Source of the DNA: Proteromonas lacertae
Taxonomy: Eukaryota
Direction of reading: 5' to 3'
NCBI GenBank assembly: GCA_002245135.1
Contig: NGBS01001161.1
Span: 124,001-188,000, forward strand
Length of the DNA stretch: 64,000 bases
Below are positions 27,145-40,300 of the stretch, piece by piece (position 1 is the first letter of the stretch; each line of letters opens with the position of its first letter). Below the pieces are notes generated by a model. That model made no database searches, had not been told where the DNA came from, and was given only the letters and a program-made list of their open reading frames with translations. A program made the translations under genes and the position numbers.

Positions 27145-28057
27145 ATGGATCTTGAAGAGCAACAAGATGATTTCCCAGAAGAGGAAGAAGGAAGTGGGAT
27201 TGACTTAAACAGTGAATTTTTTATGAATGAACATGAAAAGAAGATAGAAAAGTTAAAAGAGCAATTAAAACTATTACAATGGCATAAAGCTGCTAATGAA
27301 GCAGCCTTAAAAGCAGCAATAACAAAAGCCAAAAAATTAAAGGTTAAAGATAAGTATGCAATGTTATCAAAAATAAATCATGAAGAAAGAGTATGGAAGC
27401 AAAAAGTAATGGATGATGAATGGGAAAAGCCACTACAAGTGTCATACGATTATTTCACAGATTTTAAAACCAGAAAAGAGTTTGATGAGGAAAGATTAGA
27501 TGATGAAGTAAGAATACATATAGAAAATCTAAAGAAACTAAAAATCACACTCAAATTCAAAGAAGATGAACATATTCGAAGAGAAACATATAATAAGAAA
27601 AGAGCAGAATATTTCAATGAAGGTCCATATGCATCAGCAAGAAGCAATAAATCAACAATGTGGGGATATACAAACGAACCAGAACCATTTAATAAACCAG
27701 AAGATATTGAGAAACAGAGGAATATCTCAATATCAACAACAATCAATAACATCTTCTAAATCATCCACTACAAGATCAAATAAAGGAAAAGAGATAGGAA
27801 AAGAAGAAGAAGAAGAAGAAGGAAAAGAAGAAAGTAATATTCCAAATAGTGATGAAATGCAGGAGACTTTGGATAATGTAATTAATAATTTAGACCAATT
27901 AGTACAGTTAGAAAAAAGAATTGAACATTTAGAGAAATTAGCAGCAAAAGCATCTAAACAAGTTTCATTTAAGAAACATATTAATAAACCAAGGATGAAT
28001 GATCCTGGTAGAATATTATATGCTGTAAAACCATCACCACAGAGATTTCCATCTATC

Positions 28058-28088
<31 letters not shown>

Positions 28089-28589
28089 CATCTCAAAGAT
28101 CAACTCCATTAGAATCCTAATAATACTACATTAACTCCAGAAGAAAAACACAAAGCCATAAAGGGATGGATAGATAAGAAGAAAAAACAAGATGATAAAA
28201 GACATAGGAGAATAGAAATGGAATCTAGAAGAATACAACAAAGACAAATGTTACATCAATCTGTAAAAGATAAAGATGAAAAGTCATCATTAAAAGCAAT
28301 GAATGATTTCAAACTGATGAAAAAACAGTTTGATCAGAAAAAAGATGAGATTCTGTTAGGAAGTAAAGTTAAAAGAAGCACTTCATCAGCTCCAACTAGA
28401 TCATATAGTACAAATACAAGAAATACATCAACAAAACAACAATCTAAAAGAAATAAAGATTATGATTACAATTATGAAGATAATAAATTTTATCAAAAAC
28501 CACAAAATAGATGTAAGAAAGAGAATAGCCCTAAATTACCAATTTTAGGAAGTAGAGTAGGAGGAAATCCCAAAGAAGCATGGAATTAG
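27145..28589 (+). CDS. Hypothetical charged coiled-coil protein
   Basis: Three consecutive same-strand ORF segments joined by +1 shifts near 27713 and 28112 with no GT-AG intron visible; poly-Glu and poly-Asn tracts. Confidence 0.55.
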
Positions 28590-28728
28590 TTAAATAAATA
28601 ATAAAGATGTAACTATATATTTATTAGATGTAATATATATATATGTTTTATAAGAAATAATTAAGAAAAAATATATAAATTATTGATTAAACAGTAAATT
28701 ATCACTAAAAGAGTCAATATTGTTTTTT

Positions 28729-29368
28729 TTAAACATCTGATGCTATATTATATTCAGATTTTATTTTCAAAAAGAGTGATTGAATGTTATTCATCAAGTC
28801 TAGCAATCCTTTATAGGATGCAAAGGATTTTGTATTCACCACTTTTGATATAAAAGCTTGTTTAGTATCAAAACCAGTTAATTTGTCATGTTTCTTCAGA
28901 ATCTTTACTAATCCAATATAATTCATAGCACAATAATGTTCCATGAGTATTAGCTTTTCATGGAATGCTTCTATTGCTTTTATTATAATATTTCCATTCT
29001 TCTAAAAACAAAATATAATCATTTGCTATACTTGTGATGGAATATTTTGCAGTAGTATAGAATATTGGGCTGTGTAATACTGTAACAATTGCGTATAACA
29101 ATTTTCAACATTTTCAACAGATTGTCTTAAATGAATAAAGAATATTCTCTCTTGTTCTGAATCTTCTATTTAATATAGTAACATTTAAAGAAATACGAAT
29201 TGACATAGTACTACCTTCGGTCCTATCTGCTATATTTTCTATAATTGGTCTGATATGCTTTTTCAGAAATTTATAATCAACCCACATTAAAGAGCATGGG
29301 GTTGTATCATTAACAATAAGAGCTTGGCATTGAGTTTCTGCTTCTAACAATGCTTTACCAAACTTCAT
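28729..29368 (-). CDS. Stand-alone SPX-domain protein (inositol pyrophosphate/phosphate sensor)
   Basis: MKFGK, YKFLKK and NYIGLVKILKKHDK are the three SPX motifs; introns ~29166-29196 and ~29002-29032. Confidence 0.88.
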
Positions 29369-29478
29369 GAATCCTTCCTAAACCTCAAGAATCAACTAGA
29401 TTCAAATTTTGTGAAAATTCAAAACGAATCTATTTTTCAAACCAGAATCAAATATTCATCTAATATTTTCATTTTTTT

Positions 29479-30683
29479 ATGTCAAAATTAGACGTATGAA
29501 TAGATTTATATGTATATAAAAATGTATAGAACAGTTGGATGTGCACTTCATGCAGAACTATCAATCGTATAAACAAAAAATTGTGTGAATTATGTAGAAG
29601 TCCAAAATGTGATGTATTATATATTTCACTTAATGTTAATAGCCAATAGTTGACTTATTTACAAAGGTTAGTTATAAAAATGCAGTTGAATTACCAATAT
29701 CTTACAAAGTTTCATGTAACATTCGAATATTAAGTTATAATATACTTGCACAATGGTATATTTAATATATATAAGGTTATATTAGTTATATGCAATCACC
29801 AAGCTTTAAAGATATACCTCATCATATCAAAACATTTAAAAATCGAAAAAATAAAATAGTAGACGAAATAAACAAATATAATTGCGATTTATTATGTCTT
29901 CAGGAAGTAGATAATTATGAAGAGTTTTGGAAAAAAGCATTTTCGACAAAAGGATTTTCATCGCAATATATATCATTTTAGAATTAAATATTTATATTAA
30001 TTGTATTTCTTTAATAAATGTGTAATTAAAAAGACCAGAAAAGAAGAAAGATGGATGTTCTATATTCTATAAACATGATAAATTTGATTTAATTGGAAGA
30101 TACGAAATACAATATGATAAAATATGTGAACAAGAAGAAATAAAAGATAAATGTATATCTGAAGATTATAATCGACATAATGTTGGATTATGTTTAGAAT
30201 TAAGTGAAAAGAAAAGTAATAGCTCATTTCATTGTTGTTTGTACTCATTTATTTTGGAATCCTTTATATGATGAAGTAAAAGTAAGTCAAGTAAAGTATT
30301 TATTGAATTATGTTAATGAGATTAATAAGATTAAAAAATTACCTGTTATAGTATGTGGAGATTTTAATTCAATCCCAAATAGTAATGTTTATAATCATAT
30401 GATCAATGAAAATAGTGATGATGATGATGATGATGATGATAGTGAAGAAAAAATGAAATTTGAAAGTGTATATGATGTTACAGTTGGAGAACCAGAATAT
30501 ACTAATTATACAGAGAAATTTAAAGCTACAATTGATTATATATTTATTAGTAAAAACAAAATAATCCCAAATGAAGTGCTAACAGTTGATATGAGGAAAT
30601 TGGAGGATGTTGTTACTCTTCCAGATGAAAAACATGGAAGTGATCACTTAGCTATAGGATGTGAGTTAGAATTAATTAAATAG
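29479..30683 (+). CDS. CCR4/nocturnin/Angel-like EEP phosphodiesterase with N-terminal RanBP2-type zinc finger
   Basis: Spliced exons give WMCTSCRTINRINKKLCELC, RILSYNILAQ, DLLCLQEVD, THLFWNP, CGDFNS, TIDYIF, GSDHL. Confidence 0.82.
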
Positions 30684-30816
30684 AATTTATTTTATTTATT
30701 ATTTATTAATTATTTGTTTGGAATCTCTTCTCTATGACATTAAATAAGAGATTTTTAATTGAAGTGGTTTGAAAATAATTTTGATTGACCATATTTTTTA
30801 AATTATCAATATATAA

Positions 30817-32039
30817 ATGAAGAGTAATATATCAGAAGAAATAAAAACACATACTGTAGAAATAACATTAGATCCACTCAATAACAAGATATGTCAAGTG
30901 TATTATTACACATTTCTTATTTCGTTTAGATGCAAGAGAAATTATTCAAAATATACATGTCCAAAATGTTTTACAGTTTATTGTAGTACTGAATGTTTTA
31001 AAGTATAAATTAAATATAAATGTAATATTTTAGAGCCATAATGAGGATTGTACTGAAGAATTCTACAAAAATAACGTTTTAGATGAAATGAATGTGCGAA
31101 ATAAGGAAGATAAAGATAAGAATAAAAAGATTATGGAAGATATATGGAAAAGAGAGTATGAGAGTAAAATAGATGAAGCAGATGAAGAAGTGGATGAACT
31201 TGAAGAGGATAGATTGGTAATGTTATTACAAAAGACCAATTTAGATTTTACTGATTTAACTGAAGAAGAAAAGAAGAGATTTATGAATGATATGAAGAGT
31301 TGTTTTTATAAGGAGTATTTACGTCCATGGATTCCTTGGTGGAATTCTACAATATCTGAGCATATAAGAAAACAGAATAAGAAAATAATAGAAATAGAAA
31401 AAGATGATAATAATGATGATGAAAATAGAGTTGAGGATATGATAAATGAATTAAACAATTATGATGAAGTATATTGTATTTCTCATCCACTATCAAGTAT
31501 TCCACTTCCAAATATAATATCAGTGAATAAAGCAAATTCAGATATTATATTTAGTATTTTATCGTTGTGTTTAAGTTACTTATATTCAATAAAAATGGTT
31601 AATAATAGTTATTCTGATAATTTCAATAGTTATCAGAATTTTGTTAATTTATTACTTTCTTTATCTCCTTCTCTTATTGAGAAATGTAAATACAGTTCAT
31701 TTAATGAAATATTTATAGAATTTAATATAAAACTAAAAGCAGTAGAATCTGATAAAAGGACAAGTAAAATGGATACTCAAATATATAAAGATATATTAGC
31801 AGTATTTCAAGTTCAGCATTTTACATTAGATGTGGTGTATAATGTATATTGTATTTTGAATAAATATTTGAAATTTCCTGAATCTAAGAGAGGATAAATC
31901 GTTGAAGCAGTTGATTAAATTGTCAGTTAAAAAGATAGAGTATTATTTCAATTATGTGAAGAATATAAAAGATAAGACCTGGTTAAGTTTGTTATATGAT
32001 TTACAACAGACTATATTTGAACTAAATAAGAATATTTAA
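30817..32039 (+). CDS. ZNHIT2: zf-HIT protein, ZNHIT2-like
   Basis: CQV|C..YTCPKCFTVYCSTECFK|SHNEDCTEEFY; PWIPWW; C-terminal KKIEYYFNY reached after a +1 shift near 31888. Confidence 0.72.
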
Positions 32040-32107
32040 GTAATATTTGTTTGTCTTTTTTTATACTGTAAAATTTGTTGAGAAGTTAACTTTTTTCTTT
32101 CATAAAA

Positions 32108-33882
32108 ATGGGAAGCTGCAGCTCTAGTATATTTCTTTTTTCCAACATTTTAGAACAACAGAATGTCAGTGAAGATATAGTAAACAATTTTGAAGGTATT
32201 TACTTACAATTATCAAAATAATTTCTTAGTCCATGATTAATGAATGCTTTCCTTCAATGAAAAATCTTCCAGCTGATGAAAAAATTAACAAAGCCGCAAC
32301 AGCAATGGAAAATATAAAGAAAATTATAGATAAAGGTATTTCTATAGTGGTATATTCTTAAATAGTGATAAAAAACAACATTAATGGTGTTGTTAATGAT
32401 AATATGAATGTAGCACAAGCTGTTGCAATACATTAAAACAATAATATCTAACTTAAATAATGAAAACAATGAATTATTACAACAAAACAATGAATTACAA
32501 CAACAAAACAAAGAATTACAAGCTGTAATTGATCAACTTCAGTAAGAAACCACACTGCAGTTGTTAGTCAGAAAGATTTAGAGATTAACAAATTAAAAGG
32601 AAAAAACACATGAATTGCAAAGTAATAACGATAATTTAGATGTTAGATGTAGAAGATTACAAGCTGAAAAAGAACAACTTATAAGAAACCACACTGCAGT
32701 TGTTAGTCAGAAAGATTTAGAGATTAACAAATTAAAAGGAAAAAACACATGAATTGCAAAGTAATAACGATAATTTAGATGTTAGATGTAGAAGATTACA
32801 AGCTGAAAAAGAACAACTTATAAGAAACCACACTGCAGTTGTTAGTCAGAAAGATTTAGAGATTAACAAATTAAAAGGAAAAAACACATGAATTGCAAAG
32901 TAATAACGATAATTTAGATGTTAGATGTAGAAGTTTACAAGCTGAAAAAGAACAACTTATAAGAAACCACACTGCAGTTGTTAGTCAGAAAGATTTAGAA
33001 ATTAAAAGCGCTAGAGAAATTAGTTTAAACTTAAAAAATATAGCAGATATGGAAAAGACAAACCTAATCAACATATATGTAAATTCCTCCTACATCTTGA
33101 TGTATCTTTACAAAAATAGTCACTACACAATACTATCAGATATTCAACCATTTATAAATAGATTAACAACTCCTTCTATAATGCTTACTACGAGAAATGG
33201 TATAGTTAGGGTTGGAGTAGATTTGACTAGAGTATCTTATAGAAATGAAAACAACGATTTGAAAGAGAATACTATAAGCGATATAGTTAGATTATATGAA
33301 AATAATCCAAATATTAGAAAGAGTATAGCAATAACATTGTTAAGGGATGAACATGATGCAAGTATTTTTAGATTAGTTGATTTGAATATGAAAGTAGTGT
33401 TTGTGCATGAGTTATATGCTTTATTTTTAACTAAGTTATATAATGGTGAAGATGTTGGCGAAATAACATATATTGCTGGTTTGCGTGATAAAAATATGGA
33501 GATATTAAAAATAACTTACAATAGAAATAGAATTGATTGTAGTGTTGAATATGAAGAGAGATTTAGTTTAAATAAATTCATTCAAAGTTTTAGACCAAGA
33601 CAAGAAAGGTCAAATGATTTAGAAGAATTAATTATAAATTACAATGATGAATTCATTTCTGCAACAACAAGTTTAATTACTGATTTACAATTCTATTTTC
33701 AAGAAAGGACAAACTACTTTCAAAACAAAGTTTATTTACATTTACCTAATTATACTGCAGTATCTTTAAAAAACATAAATACAGAGTTGATTTTAGATTT
33801 TTCACTAGATTTATCAAAAGGTGCTATCAAATTTGCTGATTCAATATATAAATGCAGATATAATGAAAAGACACTCATATAA
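32108..33882 (+). pseudogene. Coiled-coil repeat protein with MGSC acylation-like start; reading frame disrupted several times (pseudogene or assembly errors)
   Basis: MGSCSS start with short GT-AG introns, coiled-coil segment, 139-bp repeats that each shift frame, then 329-aa ORF 32893-33882 with no family I recognise. Confidence 0.45.
32543..32999 (+). repeat. Tandem repeat, 139-bp unit, ~3.3 near-identical copies
   Basis: TAAGAAACCACACTGCAGTTGTTAGTCAG starts at 32543, 32682, 32821 and 32960. Confidence 0.95.
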
Positions 33883-34307
33883 CATTTATTATCACTTCTT
33901 ATATATGAATTACTTTTTTGAAATTACAAACAGTAGTCAAGCCAATTCATAATTTTTAAGATTATCTCATCATTGAGCAATTATTCTACAATAAGTATAT
34001 ATCAACATAATACTTTAAACATTATTATCTATCTTAATACTATTCAAATTGTTAAATACTTGCCCAATTCTTACTATCTGAAAATAACAATAAATATGGC
34101 AATAATAAACCACTAGAGTAGATAATAATATACTACAATCACGAATAATAGTATATTAGCAGAGATAAAGAAGAATAAAAATCAAACATGTTTGGTTGCA
34201 CATCTAAATCAATAATTTATATGAAAATGCTATTTGAAACAAAGATTCTGAAGTGGGCCGTTTTTTTAAATAACGATTTTTGGTTTATATATTGGAATAA
34301 ATAATAT

Positions 34308-37300
34308 ATGAATAAAAAACAATCATACATTGTATTTAAAAATCAACAATATATATAACTAGGCAGCAACGAGGGAAGACCTGAAAGATATTCTACCAAA
34401 AAAGAGATTAGAGAGAGCTAAAAGTTCCACCAGTTCCAACAATAGATGATGAGACACGTCATTTATTTAAATTTAAAAGATCGGATCTTTATCAGTTTGA
34501 TATGCCAGGAGTATCTTCAAAACATATGTCAGAGATTACAGAGCCTGTGTCAAGACGTCATATGCCAGTAACTATTCCTAAATTGCATACATTTGATAAA
34601 ACTATAAATACTAACCAACACCCTACTCCAAAATACATTCCTTTACCTCCTTCCAAAAATTCAACAGGTGCTGGCACTACAGCTGAAGAATTATTGGATA
34701 ATATGTCAAATATTTCTGGATCTTCAACAATAGAAAAGATGGAAACCGGAGAAGATGCCATTCAATACTTCATATCCAATATGAGTGTAGAAGTTCCAAT
34801 CAAATTCGTTTATTGTATAAGAGCAGAAACAGGTAGATTCTTCAGACCTTACGATCTTATTGTAGTAAATCGTACAATAGCTGAAGCTACACCAGAGCAC
34901 TATACAATTAGTGCAAAAGGTGTAGTCAGAGCAGCACCAGAAGAACCAGCTGAATTCTACACATTAGGTGAATGGATCAAGTTTTCAACAAACTATCGTG
35001 TATTAATATCAATGAAATTCTTCAAACAGTTCTTAATATCAAAATGGTTCAAATATTGGAAGTCATTATTAACTTATAAGAATTATTGTACAGTAAGAAA
35101 GAAACTAAGTGAAAAGTTGTTTTTAGCTAAAGTTGCATTTTGTCCTACATTATTAGAAATTAAGAGTATAATCTATGCAGATGTTACACCAGTAAAATTA
35201 CAGGACTTTACACCTCCAAATGGCAGTAAACTATTCACAGTAACTAACTTTGTTGAAACAGAACAACAAGTAAGAAGTGATGCTTCAAAGTCATTTGATG
35301 GAGTGATGGAAAGAATACAAGGATTAATGGAAAGAGTATGCCATGAAGTAGAGAATAGAGCGAAATTATCTCAAAGTTCTGAAGGAATTAATCCATATAC
35401 AGCTGATGGTAAAAGTAAGAGTATGTTAGCAATGAGATTAGAAGAAAATGAGATGAAAAGAGCTCATAAACAAGCTGATCGAGAAGTGCAGATGTTAGGT
35501 AACTTTATCAGATTAATAGATTATTTATTAGTTACTGCTTATTCAAGATTAGTGGTAAAGAATAATCAATTATTGTATAATACATTATTAGATCCAAATT
35601 TGAAGTCTGGTTTCTTTGAAACTATTATTAGCTTTGATTTATTTATGAATGGAATATTCTTTAATCCTGATATTCAAGAAATAGAAAAGACAATGACTGA
35701 ACATAGTGAATCAATTATAAACACAATGAATTCAATTTTAAGATTAATCTATACACGTCCATTTATACATCATATTAAAGATAAAGATTTAGAAGGTCCA
35801 AAGATTGGTACAATAGTTCATAAGCATAAACGATTTGATAATGTATTTAATGATATATTAAAGAAAATATCAGATGATTATCAACTAGCTGTTGAATATG
35901 TTCAAATATTTGAAATTGTTCGACCTATTTGGGATTATCAAAAGACATGGAAATATGATGAATTTAAAGAATCAAATCCAACTATTGAAGATATTCGTGA
36001 AGTATTAAATAGAATAAAAGACTGGGAAAAAGAATTGGAGAAATTGAAAGTTGGTCAAGTAGTTGGATTATATTATGTCGAAAGTCGTAAACTTAAGAAT
36101 TCATTAATTCCAATAACAAACAATGTAGTAGCACAAATGAAAGATTTACTACAACAAATGGCAAAGAAAGAAACATATAATTTATTAGAAGAATATAAGA
36201 AGAGAATACAATTAGTTCAAGCTCAACCAACAGGATTGAAAGATTTTGCAGCACATATTGAACTATTAGCTGCACAAAAAGAAGAGAATCAAGGATTAAA
36301 AGACCGTAGTAGAATATGTGAACAAATGTATGAATTATTAGGAGAATATAAAGTGAAAATACCTCCCAGTGATCAAGTTGATTTTGATGAGATGTTAAAT
36401 AAGAGAACATCCTTTGACGAAGAGATGGAGAAGGCAGATGAATATGTAGATGGTAAATTATCTGATATGAAGACTCAATTAGATATGAGTATTGCTAGAT
36501 TAAAAGATAATATTCAAGTAATTGATGGTGCTTTAGATGAAGGTATATTTATTGCAGAAGATTCAGATATTGATGTTGTTATTGCTGAATTAGAGAATAT
36601 TAAGAAGAAATTAGATACATATAATGAATTATCCAATGCTTATACGAATATGCAAGTATTATTCAATGTAGCAGCAACTGAACAGAAATATGTTTCTAAT
36701 TGCTTGAAACATTACCAAATGGTTTATGATTTATGGAATTCATTGAGAACATGGAAGACTGATCAAAGTAAATGGTTAGATAGTGATTTTACTAAAGTAG
36801 ATACTGAAGAAATGAATAAAGATGTAGCAAATTATCAAAAGAATGCATTTGCTTATAATAAAAGATTAAAGAATAAAGTATCTGAAATATTGATGGAAGA
36901 AGTAAAGGAATTTAAGAAATATATGCCAGTAGTAGTTGATTTAGGTAATCCCAATATCAAAGAAAGACATTGGAAGAAGATATTCCAATTAGTCAATCAA
37001 ACCTATGTTCCTGGTACAAAGTTCTGTTTACATGAATTATTATTTGATTTTAATATCCAAGATCATAAACAAGAAGTGAGTGATATATCAGGTGCAGCAT
37101 CAGGTGAAGCTCAATTAGAACAATCATTAGAAAAGATTAAACAAGGATGGACTACAATGAACTTTGAAGTATTATTCCACAGAGATCAGAAGGATTTAAT
37201 GATATTAGGTGCATTAGATGATATATTTACATTATTAGAAGATAATCAAGTTACATTACAAACTATGATGGGTTCTAGATTTATTATTGGTATTAAATCA

Positions 37301-40300
37301 ACTGTAGAAGTGTGGGAAAAGAAGTTGAATTTATTGAGTGATACATTGGATGAATGGGTTACTTGTCAAAGAAATTGGATGTATTTAGAAACAATATTTG
37401 GTGCTGAAGATATTCAAAAACAATTACCTCAAGAAACATCACAATTTCAGGTAGTTGATAAAACATGGCATGAAATTATGAGAAAAGTAAGAAATCATTC
37501 ATTGGTTTTGAATTGTATTGAAGGTAAAGTAGGTAAAGGAAATGAATTATTAGAAAAATTCAAAAAATGTAATGAAATACAAGAAAGAGTATTGAAATCA
37601 TTAGAAGATTACTTAGAAACAAAGAGAAGTGGTTTCCCAAGATTCTATTTCTTATCTAATGATGAATTATTGGGCATTTTATCACAAACAAGAGAACCAA
37701 GAGCTGTACAACCACATTTACGTAAGTGTTTTGATAATATTGCATCTATTGATTTTGGGGATGATCCTAAATCCAATGAGATGTTGGCAATGATCAGTGG
37801 TGAAGGTGAAGTAGTTCAGTTTAGTAGTCCAGTGAAAGCTGAAGGTAATGTTGAATCATGGTTGACTAGAGTTGAAGAAATGATGAGAGTTACGTTGTAT
37901 GATCAAACTAAGCTTGCTGTTCAAGAATATCCATCTTATGAACAAGCCATTGATCGAGCTGAGTGGTTATTTAAATATGCTTCTGGTTGTGTATTAACAG
38001 TAGATCAAATTATGTGGTGCAAAAACTGTACTGAAGCTATCTTAAAAGTGCAAAATAATGAGAATAAAAATGCAATTCAAGATTTCTATGATTATTCCTG
38101 TAGACAGATTGAAAAGATGGTAGAATTAGTAAGAGGAGAATTAACCAAGTTACAAAGAGAATTAATGGGATCATTGGTTATTATAGATGTACATGCAAGA
38201 GATAGTGTAATGAGTATGGTCAAAAAGAATGTTAATAATTTGAATGATTTTGAATGGACTAAAAGATTAAGATATTACTGGGATGCTGATGTTGATAATT
38301 GTATTGTAAGACAAACTAATACTAAATTCCCCTATGGATATGAATATTTAGGTAATACTACTCGTTTAGTTATTACTCCACTTACTGATCAATGTTATAT
38401 GACTCTTACTGGTGCATTGAACTTAAGATTTGGTGGAGCACCAGAAGGACCAGCTGGAACAGGTAAAACTGAATCAGTGAAAGATTTAGGTAAAGCATTA
38501 GCAAGACAAGTTGTTGTATTTAATTGTTCTGATGGTTTAGATTATAAAATTATGGGTAGATTTTTCAGTGGTTTAGCTCAAGCTGGTGCATGGGCTTGTT
38601 TTGATGAGTTTAATAGAATTGATATTGAAGTATTGTCAGTGATTGCACAACAAATATTGACCATTCAACAAGCTATTATCAAAGATCAAAGTCCATTTGA
38701 ATTTGAAGGTAAAGAAATCCCATTAAATCAAAACTTTGGTGTATTTATTACAATGAATCCTGGTTATGCTGGTCGTACTGAATTACCTGATAACTTAAAA
38801 GCATTATTTAGACCAGTCGCTATGATGGTACCTGATTATCGTTTAATTGCAGAAATTTCACTATTCTCCTTCGGTTTTACAAATGCTACACCATTAGCCA
38901 ATAAGATGGTACAATTATACAAATTATCTAGTGAACAATTATCAAAACAAGATCATTATGATTTTGGTATGAGAGCTGTAAAGTCTGTATTAGTAGCAGC
39001 AGGTCAATTGAAGAGAAAAGAGCCTGATATGAATGAAGATATCTTATTGATTAGAGCTATGAGAGATTCAAATGTGCCAAAGTTCTTATCCCATGATTTA
39101 CCATTATTTATGGGTATTATTAAGGATTTATTCCCTGGTATTGAAGTACCATATGTTGATTATGGTAAATTGCAAGAAGCAGTAGAGAATCAATTAGATA
39201 AAGCTAATTTACAGAAAGTAGATTCCTATATTACAAAAGTTATTCAAATCCATGAAACACAATTAATTAGACATGGTATGATGGTAGTAGGTGAAGCTGG
39301 TTGTGGTAAAACTACAGCTTTAATGATATTAGCAAATGCATTAACACAATTAAAGAAAGAAGGCATAGTTGATAAAGATGAAATGTATCAAATATGTTTT
39401 AGATATATATTAAATCCAAAAGCTATTACAATGGGTGAATTATATGGTGAATTTAACTTGTTAACTCAAGAATGGCATGATGGTTTAGTTGCTAAATTAG
39501 TAAGAAAAGCAATTGAAGATACAAGTCCAAATAGAAAATGGATTGTATTTGATGGACCAGTAGATGCATTATGGATTGAAAATATGAATACTGTCTTAGA
39601 TGATAATAAAACATTATGTCTAGCAAATTCAGAACGTATTAGATTATCATCCGCTATGCATATGGTATTTGAAGTAGAAGATTTAGCTGTAGCTTCACCA
39701 GCAACTGTTAGTCGATGTGGTATGGTATATATGCAACAATTACATGTTGGTGTAATGTCTTTAGTTGAATCATGGTGTAATGAGATGAGACCTTTATTAC
39801 CAGATCATATAATGGAGATTAGACAATGGTTGTATAATAATGTAACACAGACTATAGCCTATATTCATGCAAATTGTGTACAGAAGATTGAAGCTAAAGA
39901 TATGAACTTAGTAAAAGGTTTATTGAATTTGTTAAAGTGTTTCTATCATAAAGATTACAATATTGATCCATCTACTAATCCATTCTCAGGTAAATTGATG
40001 GAATATATGTTTGCATTTTCATGTGTTTGGTCATTTGGTGCAAATCTAGATGATAATTCAAGACCAAGATTTGATACATTTATAAGAGCACAATTCCCAT
40101 TCTTAGAAGAGATTCATGATGTTTATGACTTTTGCGTTGATACAGAAAGATGTGAATTAGCATCTTGGGAGATTAAGCAGAAAGAATTTGAATTTAGTTT
40201 AAATACACCCTATTTCAATATATTAGTACCAACAAGTGATACTACAAGAGGTAGATTCTTATTAAAAGCATTATTAACACGAGGATATCATGTATTAGTA

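Noticed and set aside
28058..30440. (AAT)n at ~28058-28087 and (GAT)n at ~30417-30440
   Set aside because: Ordinary poly-Asn and poly-Asp coding microsatellites
32543..32999. Possible CRISPR array
   Set aside because: Contiguous 139-bp units with no unique spacers, no cas genes, eukaryotic context
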